Assembly: GCA_964633905.1 (NCBI GenBank)
Contig: CAZWIT010000002.1
Span: forward strand, 63,209 to 127,208
Length of the DNA: 64,000 nt
Direction of reading: 5' to 3'
Source of the DNA: an uncultured Gammaproteobacteria bacterium
GTDB taxonomy: Bacteria > Patescibacteriota > Patescibacteriia > UBA1558 > GWA2-36-10
Every line of letters begins with the position of its first letter. Position 1 is the stretch's first letter. The notes beneath the pieces are model-generated. The model did no database searches, was not told where the DNA came from, and saw nothing but the letters and a program-made list of their open reading frames with translations. This document shows, piece after piece, positions 11,495 through 23,490 of the stretch. The translations under genes and the position numbers were made by a program.

Positions 11495-12499
11495 ATGGAA
11501 AAAAAATTAGGTGAATTAAAAAATAATTTTTGGAAAGAAATAGAGTCAATTAAAGATTCTAGGACCTTATTTGATCTTAAAAATAAATATTTAGGACGCA
11601 AGGGTCTGCTTGCCGATACTTTAAAAGATTTAAAAGATTTAGCCGCTGAAGAAAAGCCAAAAATTGGCCAAATTGCTAATCAGTTAAAAGAAGAGCTAAC
11701 TAATGTTTTTGTAAAATTAGAAGAAAAATTTGGCGCTAGCGGAGAGAATTTAGATTTTGATCCTACTTTGCCAGGTCATTTAAGGCCAGTTGGTCATTTG
11801 CATCCTTTGACCAATATTCAAAATGAAATTGAACAAGCTTTTTTGCAAATGGGATTTACTGTTTTTGACGGACCACAACTTGAATCAGAGTATTACAACT
11901 TTACAGCTTTAAATATTCCCGAAGAACATCCGGCTCGTGATACTCAAGACACTTTTTGGTTAGATGATGGCAATCTATTGCGTACGCACACTTCTAATTT
12001 ACAAGTACGTATGTTAGAAAAATACGGTGCTCCTTTTAGAGGTATTTTTCCGGGTAGGGTATTCCGCTTCGAATCAACTGATGCTTCGCATGATCACACC
12101 TTTCATCAATTAGAGGGTTTGATGGTAGATAAAAATATTAACATTGGCAATTTAATTGCGGTAATGAAGTCATTGTTATCAGCTGTCTTTAAGACAGAGG
12201 TAACAGTGCGTTTGCGTCCTGGGTTTTTTCCTTTTGTTGAGCCTGGCTTTGAAATGGATATCAAGTGTTTAATCTGTGATGGTAAGGGCTGTTCGGTTTG
12301 TAAACAATCGGGCTGGGTAGAATTAATGCCTTGTGGCATGGTTCACCCCAAGGTATTGTCAGCCGCTGGTATTGACCCTAACGCTTATTCAGGCTTTGCT
12401 TTTGGCCTAGGTTTGACGAGACTAGTTATGATGAAGTATAGAATTAATGATATTAGATTACTTACTTCAGCTGACTTAAGATTTTTAAATCAATTTTAA
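11495..12499 (+). CDS. pheS: phenylalanine--tRNA ligase alpha subunit
   Basis: Class II motifs FRGIFPGRVFRFE and GFAFGLGLTRL. Confidence 0.96.
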   Translation: MEKKLGELKNNFWKEIESIKDSRTLFDLKNKYLGRKGLLADTLKDLKDLAAEEKPKIGQIANQLKEELTNVFVKLEEKFGASGENLDFDPTLPGHLRPVGHLHPLTNIQNEIEQAFLQMGFTVFDGPQLESEYYNFTALNIPEEHPARDTQDTFWLDDGNLLRTHTSNLQVRMLEKYGAPFRGIFPGRVFRFESTDASHDHTFHQLEGLMVDKNINIGNLIAVMKSLLSAVFKTEVTVRLRPGFFPFVEPGFEMDIKCLICDGKGCSVCKQSGWVELMPCGMVHPKVLSAAGIDPNAYSGFAFGLGLTRLVMMKYRINDIRLLTSADLRFLNQF

Positions 12500-12502
12500 T
12501 AT

Positions 12503-14932
12503 ATGTATCTTTCCTTAAATTGGGTAAAAAATTGGCTAAAAATTCCAAATAATTTAAGCCACAAAGAAATTGCCTTAGCTCTCACCATGTCCACGGTCGA
12601 GGTTGAGGAAGTTTTAGATCAGGCTAAAGATTTAGAAGGAATTGTAGTTGGCAAGATTAAGCAGATTACTAAACATCCGCAAGCTGATTTATTACAAGTA
12701 TGTCAGGTATCATTAGGCGAAACCCAAGAACAGATAGTTTGTGGTGGTTCCAATTTACGTACCGGCATGTTAGTAGCGGTAGCTACTATTGGTAGTAAGG
12801 TGCGTTGGCACGGCCAAGGCGATTGGGTAAGGCTAGCTGCTACCAAAATTAGGGGTGTGGAAAGTAGGGGTATGATTGTGGCTGCTTCAGAAGTCGGTTT
12901 AGATTTATTATTTCCAACTAATAATGAAAAAGAAATTATTGATTTATCGGATTTTAAAATAAAAGCCGGTCAAAAATTAAGCCAGGCTTTATCATTGGAT
13001 GATGTGATAATTAATATTGATAACAAGTCAATTAACCATCGTCCTGATTTGTGGGGCCAATATGGCTTAGCGCGAGAGTTGGCAGCTATTTATCGTGTTA
13101 AATTAGCTGAATATAAAATAGAACCCTTGGCTTATCAGGATAAATTAGGACTAAAAGCGGAAGTGCAAGATCCAAGTAGCTGTTATCGTTATTCGGCTTT
13201 AGCTCTTAGTAATGTCAAAGTAGCTGAATCGCCTTGGTGGCTAAAAGTAAAATTACTAGCAGTGGGCTTGCGCCCAATTAATAATATAGTTGATGCCACT
13301 AATTTTGTTATGTATGAGCTGGGTCAACCATTACATGCTTTTGATGCCAAGCAAATTGAAGATCATAAAATAGTAGTAAAGTTAGCCAAAGCAAATGATA
13401 ATTTTGTAACTCTAGACGGTGTTAAAAGAAAGCTTAGTGGTGAGACTTTGATGATTGCCGATGGTAAAAAATATTTAGCTATTGCTGGTATTATGGGCGG
13501 TCAAAACAGCGAGATAGTTAAAGACACTACGGATATTATTTTAGAATCAGCTTGCTTTAAAGCTTCTACTATTCGTCGCGCTTCTCAATTTTTAGGTTTA
13601 CGTAGTGAGAGCTCAGCTCGTTTTGAAAAATCTTTAGATCCAAATTTGACTTTACTTGCTCTCCATAAGGTAGCGCGTTTAATTTTAGCTATGAATCCAG
13701 AGGCCGAGGTTTCCAGTAACTTAATAGATATTAATAACAATCCTTTTAAAGAAATATCTTTAACAGTGCCAGAAAGCCTTTTGCTTGATAGAATGGGCAC
13801 AGTAATTCCTGCTAAAGAGATTAAAGATATTTTAACTCGTTTGCAATTTAAGGTTGATTATAAGAAAAAAGTATTTAATATTCAGGTGCCATCATTTAGG
13901 GCTACTAAAGATATTTCTGTGCCAGAAGATATTGTAGAGGAGGTGTCACGTATTTATGGTTATGATAAATTGCCTTATGTATTGCCACAATTAACTTTGC
14001 AGGAACCAATTTTTGATATAGCGCATGATGCCGCTAAAGAAATAAAAACTTGGTTAGCTTGGGGACAGGCCTATACCGAAGTAAGCACCTATCCATTTAC
14101 TAATCAATTTTGGGCCAATACTCTTGGCTTTGATTTAACCAAAAATATCAAAGTCAAAAATGCGGTTAGTCCAGATCAAGCTTATTTGAATACTTCGTTA
14201 TTACCAAATTTGTTTAATGCGGCCGAAGAAAATTATCGTTGGCATAATAATTTTAAAATTTTTGAATTAGAAAGAGTTTTTGATAAAAAAGAAAATAGTA
14301 ATTATCATACAGACCAAAGTCATAAGGGTTTCTTGCCCCAGCAACCAAAACATTTAACTGGCATAGAGTTATGTGAATGTGATGCCGAAACAATGTATCT
14401 TTCAGTAAAAGGATTATTAGAATCATTACTAAAACATTGGGGCTTAAATTGTAATTGGGAAAATCTTAATTTGCCCTATGCCAGCATTGCTGGTCGGATA
14501 ACTTTTCAGGATATTGAGTTAGGTCAGTTTGGTCTATTAAAAAAAGAATTATTTACTAGTGCTAAACAAAAAGTTAATCTTGGTTTTTGGGATTTAAATT
14601 TTTCAACTTTGATAAAATATATCAACTCTAGTAAAACATATACATTTTTACCAAAATATCCAAGTATTGATCGTGATATTGCTATTGTTATTGATAAACA
14701 AATTACTTGGCAGAGCATTGCTCAAGAAATAAATAAGGTCTCAAGCCTGATTCGTAATCTAGAACCTTTTGATGTTTATACTGGTAAAGAAGTGCCAGAA
14801 AATCAAAAGTCCTTAGCTTTCCACCTAGAATTTCGTAGTGATGACCGTACTTTACTAACAGAAGATGTGGACCAATTAATGGCCACTATTTTAGCTAATT
14901 TGGAGAAAAAATTTAAGGCAAAATTACGCTAA
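12503..14932 (+). CDS. pheT: phenylalanine--tRNA ligase beta subunit
   Basis: 809 aa, tRNA-binding and B3/4 plus B5 architecture, follows pheS. Confidence 0.95.
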   Translation: MYLSLNWVKNWLKIPNNLSHKEIALALTMSTVEVEEVLDQAKDLEGIVVGKIKQITKHPQADLLQVCQVSLGETQEQIVCGGSNLRTGMLVAVATIGSKVRWHGQGDWVRLAATKIRGVESRGMIVAASEVGLDLLFPTNNEKEIIDLSDFKIKAGQKLSQALSLDDVIINIDNKSINHRPDLWGQYGLARELAAIYRVKLAEYKIEPLAYQDKLGLKAEVQDPSSCYRYSALALSNVKVAESPWWLKVKLLAVGLRPINNIVDATNFVMYELGQPLHAFDAKQIEDHKIVVKLAKANDNFVTLDGVKRKLSGETLMIADGKKYLAIAGIMGGQNSEIVKDTTDIILESACFKASTIRRASQFLGLRSESSARFEKSLDPNLTLLALHKVARLILAMNPEAEVSSNLIDINNNPFKEISLTVPESLLLDRMGTVIPAKEIKDILTRLQFKVDYKKKVFNIQVPSFRATKDISVPEDIVEEVSRIYGYDKLPYVLPQLTLQEPIFDIAHDAAKEIKTWLAWGQAYTEVSTYPFTNQFWANTLGFDLTKNIKVKNAVSPDQAYLNTSLLPNLFNAAEENYRWHNNFKIFELERVFDKKENSNYHTDQSHKGFLPQQPKHLTGIELCECDAETMYLSVKGLLESLLKHWGLNCNWENLNLPYASIAGRITFQDIELGQFGLLKKELFTSAKQKVNLGFWDLNFSTLIKYINSSKTYTFLPKYPSIDRDIAIVIDKQITWQSIAQEINKVSSLIRNLEPFDVYTGKEVPENQKSLAFHLEFRSDDRTLLTEDVDQLMATILANLEKKFKAKLR

Positions 14933-14956
14933 TATTAGATAAAAAAAATAGATAAG

Positions 14957-14995
14957 AAACAACCTAATTTTAGGTTGTTTTTTTCTTGTTTTTAT
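14957..14995 (+). terminator. Rho-independent terminator (AAACAACCTAA ttt TAGGTTGTTT + T-run)
   Basis: Hairpin plus TTTTTTTCTTGTTTT. Confidence 0.75.
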
Positions 14996-15007
14996 GCTAA
15001 AATATAA

Positions 15008-17089
<2,082 letters not shown>

Positions 17090-17100
17090 TTTTTGGTCTA

Positions 17101-18822
17101 ATGCCAGAATTTGGATTAAGTACCATTTATATTTTAACTATTAGTAAGCTAGTTCTACTGGCTTATTTAATTTTTTTGTTTTTGGCTTGGCGTTATAAAT
17201 TTAAACCAGTTGTTTTTTTGATAGCTACAGCTTTGTCTATTATTATTTTTTATCTAGTGCTAGCTTATCCTTTGCGTCAATTTTGGTGGGGGACAGTCGG
17301 CGATGAATTATTAATAGCCGCTTATTTGACCAAAGCCATGTCAGTTAACTGGTGGTCAGATTTTTATTATTCTTACTTGCCAAATTTTTATCCACCATTA
17401 TATTTTTGGTTAACAGGTTTAATAGCAGCGCCTTTTGTTCACAATGCAATTGGCGCAGCAAAAATAGGGGTGATTTGGACTTTAGTAGTTTGGTTTTTTG
17501 GGTCTTACATTTATCAAGCTTGGTTTTGGAAAAAAATTTATAAATCAGACCAAAATAAAATTACTGTTATAAATCAAGCTTGGTTTTGGTTTTTGGTACC
17601 AACAGCTTATTTTTTGTTGTTAGATTTTGACACTATTATTTTTAAACCTTACGAAACTTTAGCTGCCTTAGGCTGTGGCTTGTGGTTAATTTTATTATTT
17701 CAAGTTTTAGATCAGGATCATTGGCCCAAAAAATATTATTGGTGGTTTGGCATTAGTGGGGGCTTGTTATTTTTGTTATTTTATTTTTGGTGGCTAGTAA
17801 TGATGCCATTATTAATTTTTTTGATTTTTAAACAAACAGCCAAGCTTAGATCTTTTATACGACTATGCTTAGTAGCTGCTTTAATGTTGTTTGTTAGTTT
17901 GCCCTATTTATTACCATTATTTTGGTCTTATTTAAAATATGGTATAGAAAATTGGCAAGCTAGATTTTTTGTTGTTAGCGACTTTTTTACTTATTTGCCT
18001 TGGGGAAGTTCTGTAATTAGAAATATCTTTATTTTTTTAAGTATTGCCAGCTTTGCTTTATTTTATAAACAAAAAGTAGTCAAAATTAGTTTAAGTGCAA
18101 TACTGGCGTGCTATTTTTACCAAGGGCTTTCTTTATTATCATTTTTATTTTTTCAAAATCCTATTCAGGCAGCCAAGCCATTCTTATTTTTTGGTGGTAT
18201 TTTTATAGCTATTGCTTTGAGCTATGGCCTAATATCTTTTTATCAAGCCATAAAAATAGAGCGGTGGCGATCAATTTTTATTTTAATATTAAGCTTATTA
18301 GCGCTTAGTCAATTACCAATGATTAAGTTTATAGATGACCCAGTGGTATTAAGACAGATTGAAATTGATTTAAAACCATCGCAAGCCATCGAAGAGCTTT
18401 CTGGATTAATAAAAGAAAAGATTCCCGATTATGAAAAACGTACTTGGCTATACAGCGGTGAAGCCAGATTTAATGTTTATTTGCCTTTATCTTATTATTT
18501 AGCTCATAGTCCACATTTTAGCCACCATGCTGCTAATTATAGTCAGCGTTTAGATTTTGTGACCAAGTTAATTAAGGCTAAAGATGCTGATGCTTTTACT
18601 CAATTGGCTGATCAAGCTCCAATGCAGGCAATTGATGCCATGCTTCTTTATACCCAGCCGAGTTTGGCAGCAGAAAATATTTATAGTATTTTTTTATGGT
18701 CGGATAATTATCCTAATGGCGGTAAGGATAGGACCCTTTATTTGCCAGCTAATTTAGTCAGCGAAAAAGATTGGCTGCTAGTAGCTGAAAAAAATAATTG
18801 GAAAATTTTTATTAGAAAATAA
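17101..18822 (+). CDS. polytopic aromatic-rich membrane protein (~12 TM) with C-terminal soluble domain; possible GT-C-type glycosyltransferase
   Basis: Many W/F/Y-rich TM segments; function is inference only. Confidence 0.7.
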   Translation: MPEFGLSTIYILTISKLVLLAYLIFLFLAWRYKFKPVVFLIATALSIIIFYLVLAYPLRQFWWGTVGDELLIAAYLTKAMSVNWWSDFYYSYLPNFYPPLYFWLTGLIAAPFVHNAIGAAKIGVIWTLVVWFFGSYIYQAWFWKKIYKSDQNKITVINQAWFWFLVPTAYFLLLDFDTIIFKPYETLAALGCGLWLILLFQVLDQDHWPKKYYWWFGISGGLLFLLFYFWWLVMMPLLIFLIFKQTAKLRSFIRLCLVAALMLFVSLPYLLPLFWSYLKYGIENWQARFFVVSDFFTYLPWGSSVIRNIFIFLSIASFALFYKQKVVKISLSAILACYFYQGLSLLSFLFFQNPIQAAKPFLFFGGIFIAIALSYGLISFYQAIKIERWRSIFILILSLLALSQLPMIKFIDDPVVLRQIEIDLKPSQAIEELSGLIKEKIPDYEKRTWLYSGEARFNVYLPLSYYLAHSPHFSHHAANYSQRLDFVTKLIKAKDADAFTQLADQAPMQAIDAMLLYTQPSLAAENIYSIFLWSDNYPNGGKDRTLYLPANLVSEKDWLLVAEKNNWKIFIRK

Positions 18823-18839
18823 AATTAATTTTTAAATCT

Positions 18840-19217
18840 ATGCCTTTTTCTCCAAGACATACAATTGCCGTTGTTGGTGCTTCAAATAATCCAGATAAAT
18901 ATGGTTGTAAAGTGTTAGCTGATTTACAAGTAGCCCAATGGTGTGTGATTCCTATTAACCCCAAGGGTGGTAAAATATTAGGCATTACTGCTTATCCAAG
19001 TATTTTGCAAGTTCCTCAAAAAATTGATGGGGTTATTTTTGTTACCAAACCAGAAGTTACAGAGCAAGTTTTATTTGATGTTAAACAAAAGGGTATTTAT
19101 GATGTTTGGTTTCAACCAGGCTCAGTTAGCGAGACGGCCCTTCAATTTTGCGAGGAAAACAACATAAAATATATAAAAGATGCTTGTATTATGACAGAAA
19201 GGCTTAAAAATGGCTAA
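18840..19217 (+). CDS. CoA-binding domain protein (YccU-like)
   Basis: IAVVGASNNPDKYG Rossmann-type motif; 125 aa. Confidence 0.75.
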   Translation: MPFSPRHTIAVVGASNNPDKYGCKVLADLQVAQWCVIPINPKGGKILGITAYPSILQVPQKIDGVIFVTKPEVTEQVLFDVKQKGIYDVWFQPGSVSETALQFCEENNIKYIKDACIMTERLKNG

Positions 19218-19343
19218 TATTAGCTAATTTTACTTAAAATATAGCCGTGATTTGGCCGCTCTTGCTAAAATTTTTTGTTTATGATATACTAATGGCACAT
19301 TAAACAGCTTCCCGAGCTGTTTTAAAGAACTTAAGTTTTCCTT

Positions 19344-19529
19344 ATGGACAAATTGTTTAATTATTTTAAAGGAGCTAAAGAAGAGCTAGCTAAAGTAGTT
19401 TGGCCTTCTAGACAAACTACTATTAATCATACTCTGATGGTAATTTTGATTTCAGTCGGTATTGCCTTATTTCTAGGGGCAGTTGACTACGGCTTAAGCA
19501 GATTACTAGAAATATTGATTATTAGATAA
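19344..19529 (+). CDS. secE: preprotein translocase subunit SecE
   Basis: 61 aa, single TM, VWPSRQ motif, precedes nusG. Confidence 0.85.
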   Translation: MDKLFNYFKGAKEELAKVVWPSRQTTINHTLMVILISVGIALFLGAVDYGLSRLLEILIIR

Positions 19530-19548
19530 AATATTTATTTTATAAAAT

Positions 19549-20094
19549 ATGCCAAAGCAAACATCACAACAAGGTCGACGTTGGTACGTCTTGCACACCT
19601 ATTCTGGTTACGAAGAAAATGTTTCTAGAAATTTAAAACAAAGAATTGAATCCATGGATATGGAAGATAAGATTTTCGATGTTTTAATTCCAACTGAAAC
19701 TAAGATCAAAATCAAAAATGGTAAACGTAAAACCGTTAAAGAAAAAATCTTTCCCGGTTATGTTTTAGTTAATATGATTGTGACTGATGCTTCTTGGTAT
19801 GTAGTTCGTAATACTCCAAATGTTACTGGTTTTGTGGGTTCTGGTACAACTCCAACCCCTGTTTCTGAAGATGAGGTTAAATCATTACTTTCTCGTATGG
19901 GCGAAGAAGAGCCAGAATTTAAAATTGATATTGCGGTTGGTGAATTGGTTAAAATTACCGATGGACCATTTAAAGATTATGAAGGTAAAGTTTCCGAAAT
20001 CGATGAAGCCCGCGGTAAAGCCAAAGTCTTGGTTTCTATGTTTGGTCGCGAAACGCCAGTTGAATTAGATTTTTTACAAATTAAAAAAGTATAG
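19549..20094 (+). CDS. nusG: transcription termination/antitermination factor NusG
   Basis: NGN domain plus KOW (GELVKITDGPFKDYEGKV). Confidence 0.95.
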   Translation: MPKQTSQQGRRWYVLHTYSGYEENVSRNLKQRIESMDMEDKIFDVLIPTETKIKIKNGKRKTVKEKIFPGYVLVNMIVTDASWYVVRNTPNVTGFVGSGTTPTPVSEDEVKSLLSRMGEEEPEFKIDIAVGELVKITDGPFKDYEGKVSEIDEARGKAKVLVSMFGRETPVELDFLQIKKV

Positions 20095-20105
20095 TTAATC
20101 CCATA

Positions 20106-20130
20106 ATAGAAGAGCTTCTATTCTATTTTA
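20106..20130 (+). promoter_or_regulatory. small hairpin plus T-rich tract between nusG and rplK (possible attenuator)
   Basis: ATAGAAG agc TTCTAT followed by TCTATTTTA. Confidence 0.3.
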
Positions 20131-20142
20131 AATTAAAATTTT

Positions 20143-20568
20143 ATGGCAAAAGAAATTAAACAGATAGTTAAATTACAAGTTACCGGCGGCAAAGCAAATC
20201 CTGCTCCTCCAGTTGGTACTGCTTTAGGACCTCATGGTGTTAATATTCAAGAGTTTTGTGTAAAATTTAATGATGCTACTAAAGATAGAGCTGGTGAAGT
20301 TGTGCCAGTAGAGCTTACTATTTACACTGATCGTACTTTTACTTTTATCTTAAAGACTGCCCCAGCCTCTGAGCTTATTAAGAAAAAGATTAATCTAGCT
20401 AAAGGTTCTTCTAAACCATTACAAGATAAAGTAGGAGTGTTAACCAATGCCCAGCTTACTGAGATTGCTCAGGCTAAAATGTCTGATTTAAATACCACTG
20501 ACATTGAAGCAGCTAAAAAGATTATTGCTGGAACTGCTCGGCAGATGGGTGTAAAAATTGAAGGTTAA
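20143..20568 (+). CDS. rplK: 50S ribosomal protein L11
   Basis: Highly conserved L11 sequence. Confidence 0.97.
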   Translation: MAKEIKQIVKLQVTGGKANPAPPVGTALGPHGVNIQEFCVKFNDATKDRAGEVVPVELTIYTDRTFTFILKTAPASELIKKKINLAKGSSKPLQDKVGVLTNAQLTEIAQAKMSDLNTTDIEAAKKIIAGTARQMGVKIEG

Positions 20569-20574
20569 TTTTTT

Positions 20575-20629
20575 TGAGGGAGCTTGCTAGTTCGAGCTAA
20601 GCGTTAATACCTCGCAAATAATTTAATAT
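20575..20629 (+). promoter_or_regulatory. structured rplK-rplA spacer; candidate L1 autoregulatory leader
   Basis: GAGGGAGCTTGCTAGTTCGAGCTAAGCG...CCTC pairing; assignment by analogy to known L1 mRNA targets. Confidence 0.3.
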
Positions 20630-21313
20630 ATGTCAAAAGTTAGTAAGAGATTAAAAGCAGTTCGCGCCCAAGTGGCTGATAAGATTTATAGCCATGAAGA
20701 AGCCATTGCTTTGGTAAAAGCAACTGCTGCTTTAAAATTTGATGCTACCGTAGAATTACATGCCCATTTAGGTATTGATCCTACTAAGGGTGATCAATTA
20801 ATTCGTGGCTCAGTAGTTTTACCACATGGTAGTGGTAAAAAAGTAAGAGTAGCTGCTTTTGTGCCAGATAATTTAGCAAAAATTGCTAAAGAGGCCGGTG
20901 CAGATGTTGTTGGTGGTGAAAGTTTAATTGAGCAAATTAAAAAAGACAATAAATGTGATTTTGATATTGCAGTAACCGTGCCTGAAATGATGAAAAATTT
21001 AGCTGCTATTGCCAGAATCTTGGGTCAAAAAGGTTTAATGCCTAATCCTAAAACCGGTACTATTGATACCGATGTTAAGAAAATGGTGACTGAACTTAAG
21101 GCTGGAAAAATATCATTTAAAAATGATAATACCGCTAATATTCATGTGCCGATTGGTAAAGCCTCTTATACTGAGGAGCAGTTACTTGCTAATTTGAAGA
21201 CCTTTGTGGACACTTTAAAAAAAGCTAAGCCCCAAGGCGTAAAAGGTAGTTATATTAAAAGCTTACATCTAAGCTCTACTATGGGACCTGGAATCAGAGT
21301 AAATACAAATTAA
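20630..21313 (+). CDS. rplA: 50S ribosomal protein L1
   Basis: Conserved L1 sequence. Confidence 0.97.
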   Translation: MSKVSKRLKAVRAQVADKIYSHEEAIALVKATAALKFDATVELHAHLGIDPTKGDQLIRGSVVLPHGSGKKVRVAAFVPDNLAKIAKEAGADVVGGESLIEQIKKDNKCDFDIAVTVPEMMKNLAAIARILGQKGLMPNPKTGTIDTDVKKMVTELKAGKISFKNDNTANIHVPIGKASYTEEQLLANLKTFVDTLKKAKPQGVKGSYIKSLHLSSTMGPGIRVNTN

Positions 21314-21323
21314 TTTTATATAA

Positions 21324-21353
21324 AAACTAATCTGAAGAGATTAGTTTTTTGTT
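21324..21353 (+). terminator. Rho-independent terminator (CTAATCT gaag AGATTAG + T-run)
   Basis: Hairpin plus TTTTTTGTTT. Confidence 0.7.
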
Positions 21354-21406
21354 TGCCTAAAATAATTCTTTATGTTAAGGTGGAAAAATAATTAAGAAAA
21401 AGTTAT

Positions 21407-22897
21407 ATGCAATTAATTATTACTAAAAATTTAGCCGAAATTAAACCGGAAATAGTGTTTTTTCCAGTTTTAGAAGATGCTTTAAAAATAGATAAAATAT
21501 TTAATCAATTAGAAAGTGCAGAGTCTAAGCTGCTTTTGGCTAGGTGTAAACGAGAAAATTTTCAAGGCAAAGCAGGGCAAATTTTTATTATTCATAAGCC
21601 TGACCGTCAGGTAGTTATTTTAGGCACTGGTCAGAAACAAAAGTTAAATTTAGAAGATTGGCGAGTGTTAGCCGGGCAAATGATTAGTTATTTAAAAAAA
21701 TACCAAGCTAAAAATGTTGGCATATCAGCTAGTAGTTGGCTACTAGCTAATCAAAATTATGAAGCTCTAGCTTTGGGTTTAGCAGAAGGTTTGTTTTTAG
21801 CTAGTTATGATTTTGATAAATATCGCAAACCAATAAAAGATCAAATAAAGATAAAGATAGAAAATTTGTTTATTGAACTTGCTAGTGCTAAAAAAAATAA
21901 ATTTATTTCGGCTTGGCAAGTTGGAGAATTGCAAGCCAAGGCTACTATTTTAGCTAGAGATTTGGTGAATGAGCCGGCTAATATTATGACACCTACTTTT
22001 TTAGCAAATATAGCCAAAGATATTGCCAAAAAATCAAAGCAGATTAGAGTGCGTATTTTAGAAAAAGAAGCAGTACTTAAGCTTGGAATGGGTGCTTTTG
22101 TGGGCGTTGATCAAGGTTCTCAGGAAGATTTAAAATTTATTCATTTAGTTTATAAGCCAAAAACTAAACCAAAAGATCGTTTAGCTTTAGTTGGCAAAGG
22201 TGTTACTTTTGATAGTGGTGGCTTAAATATCAAAACCGGTGACCATATGGGTCAGATGAAGATTGATATGGCAGGAGCAGCTACGGTTTTAGGCGTTTTT
22301 TCTAGTTTGACAGAGCTAAATATAAAAAGTGAAGTGCACGGGATTATTGCTGCTTGTGAGAATATGCCTTCTGGTAGCGCTCTAAGGCCTGGTGATATTG
22401 TCAAAAATATGCAAGGCAAAACTATTGAGATTGGTAATACTGATGCGGAAGGCAGAGTAACTTTAGCTGATTCTCTGGCTTATGCTCAAAAATTAGGTAT
22501 TAAAAAAATTATTGATTTAGCAACTCTGACTGGAGCTATTATGGTGGCCTTGGGCACTGATTATGCTGGTTTATTTAGTAATGATGAAGAATTAAGCAAA
22601 GACCTATTAAAAGCAAGTAAACAAAGCGCTGAAAAAATATGGCCATTACCCTTAGCACCAGAGTATAAGCATCTAAATGCAAGCTTAATAGCTGATATCC
22701 GTAATATTCCTAGTAATCGTTTAGGTGGAGCAATTACAGCTGCTTTATTTTTACAGGAGTTTGTAAATGAAGATGTGGCTTGGGCGCATTTAGATATTGC
22801 AGCACCTGCTTATGCGGAAAAAACAATGAATGCTTATACGCCAGTGGGCGGAGTTGGTTTTGGGGTGCGCACAATTTTAGAGTATTTAAAAAAATAA
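21407..22897 (+). CDS. pepA: leucyl aminopeptidase (M17)
   Basis: VGKGVTFDSGGLNIK and NTDAEGR motifs. Confidence 0.9.
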   Translation: MQLIITKNLAEIKPEIVFFPVLEDALKIDKIFNQLESAESKLLLARCKRENFQGKAGQIFIIHKPDRQVVILGTGQKQKLNLEDWRVLAGQMISYLKKYQAKNVGISASSWLLANQNYEALALGLAEGLFLASYDFDKYRKPIKDQIKIKIENLFIELASAKKNKFISAWQVGELQAKATILARDLVNEPANIMTPTFLANIAKDIAKKSKQIRVRILEKEAVLKLGMGAFVGVDQGSQEDLKFIHLVYKPKTKPKDRLALVGKGVTFDSGGLNIKTGDHMGQMKIDMAGAATVLGVFSSLTELNIKSEVHGIIAACENMPSGSALRPGDIVKNMQGKTIEIGNTDAEGRVTLADSLAYAQKLGIKKIIDLATLTGAIMVALGTDYAGLFSNDEELSKDLLKASKQSAEKIWPLPLAPEYKHLNASLIADIRNIPSNRLGGAITAALFLQEFVNEDVAWAHLDIAAPAYAEKTMNAYTPVGGVGFGVRTILEYLKK

Positions 22898-22904
22898 ATA
22901 ATAT

Positions 22905-22934
22905 AAAAACTCCCACTTAGAGTGGGAGTTTTTT
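22905..22934. terminator. bidirectional terminator (AAAACTCCCACT taga GTGGGAGTTTTTT) between convergent pepA and pth
   Basis: Perfect stem flanked by A-run and T-run. Confidence 0.75.
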
Positions 22935-23487
22935 AGTTATATTGATTAGCAGCATCGCTAAAGCCTTTGTTGAGAAGTAATTCTAGGATTAAATGGCTGG
23001 TATCGATAATTTCTGGTATTTTTTTATTTTCTTCAGCTGTAAATTTAGCTAAAACAAAGTCTTCGGCTTTTCCAGTTTGAGGGCCAATACCTAAACGAAT
23101 TCTGATAAAATCTTGGGATTTCAAGTGTTTAATAATGGATTCCAAACCCTGATGTCCGCCACTAGATCGATTTTGAGAAAGACGGATAGTGCCAAAAGTT
23201 AAGTCTAGATCATCATAAATTACAATAATATTTTCAGGGCTGATTTTATAGAACTGGGATAAGGCTGCGACTGCTTCGCCAGACTTATTCATAAATGTTA
23301 AAGGCTGACTTAAAATTATTTTTTCTCTGCCCCAAAGATATTCAGCAATCTGGCTATTTTTATCGGGTGATTTTTTCCAACTCAGCTTTTGTTTATCAGC
23401 TAGTTTACTTAGGGATAGCCAGCCAAAATTATGACGAGTGGCAAGATATTCGGGGCCGGGATTTCCTAATCCTACTATTAATTTCAT
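22933..23487 (-). CDS. pth: peptidyl-tRNA hydrolase
   Basis: MKLIVGLGNPGPEYLATRHNFGW N-terminus. Confidence 0.94.
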   Translation of the reverse strand: MKLIVGLGNPGPEYLATRHNFGWLSLSKLADKQKLSWKKSPDKNSQIAEYLWGREKIILSQPLTFMNKSGEAVAALSQFYKISPENIIVIYDDLDLTFGTIRLSQNRSSGGHQGLESIIKHLKSQDFIRIRLGIGPQTGKAEDFVLAKFTAEENKKIPEIIDTSHLILELLLNKGFSDAANQYN

Positions 23488-23490
23488 AGT

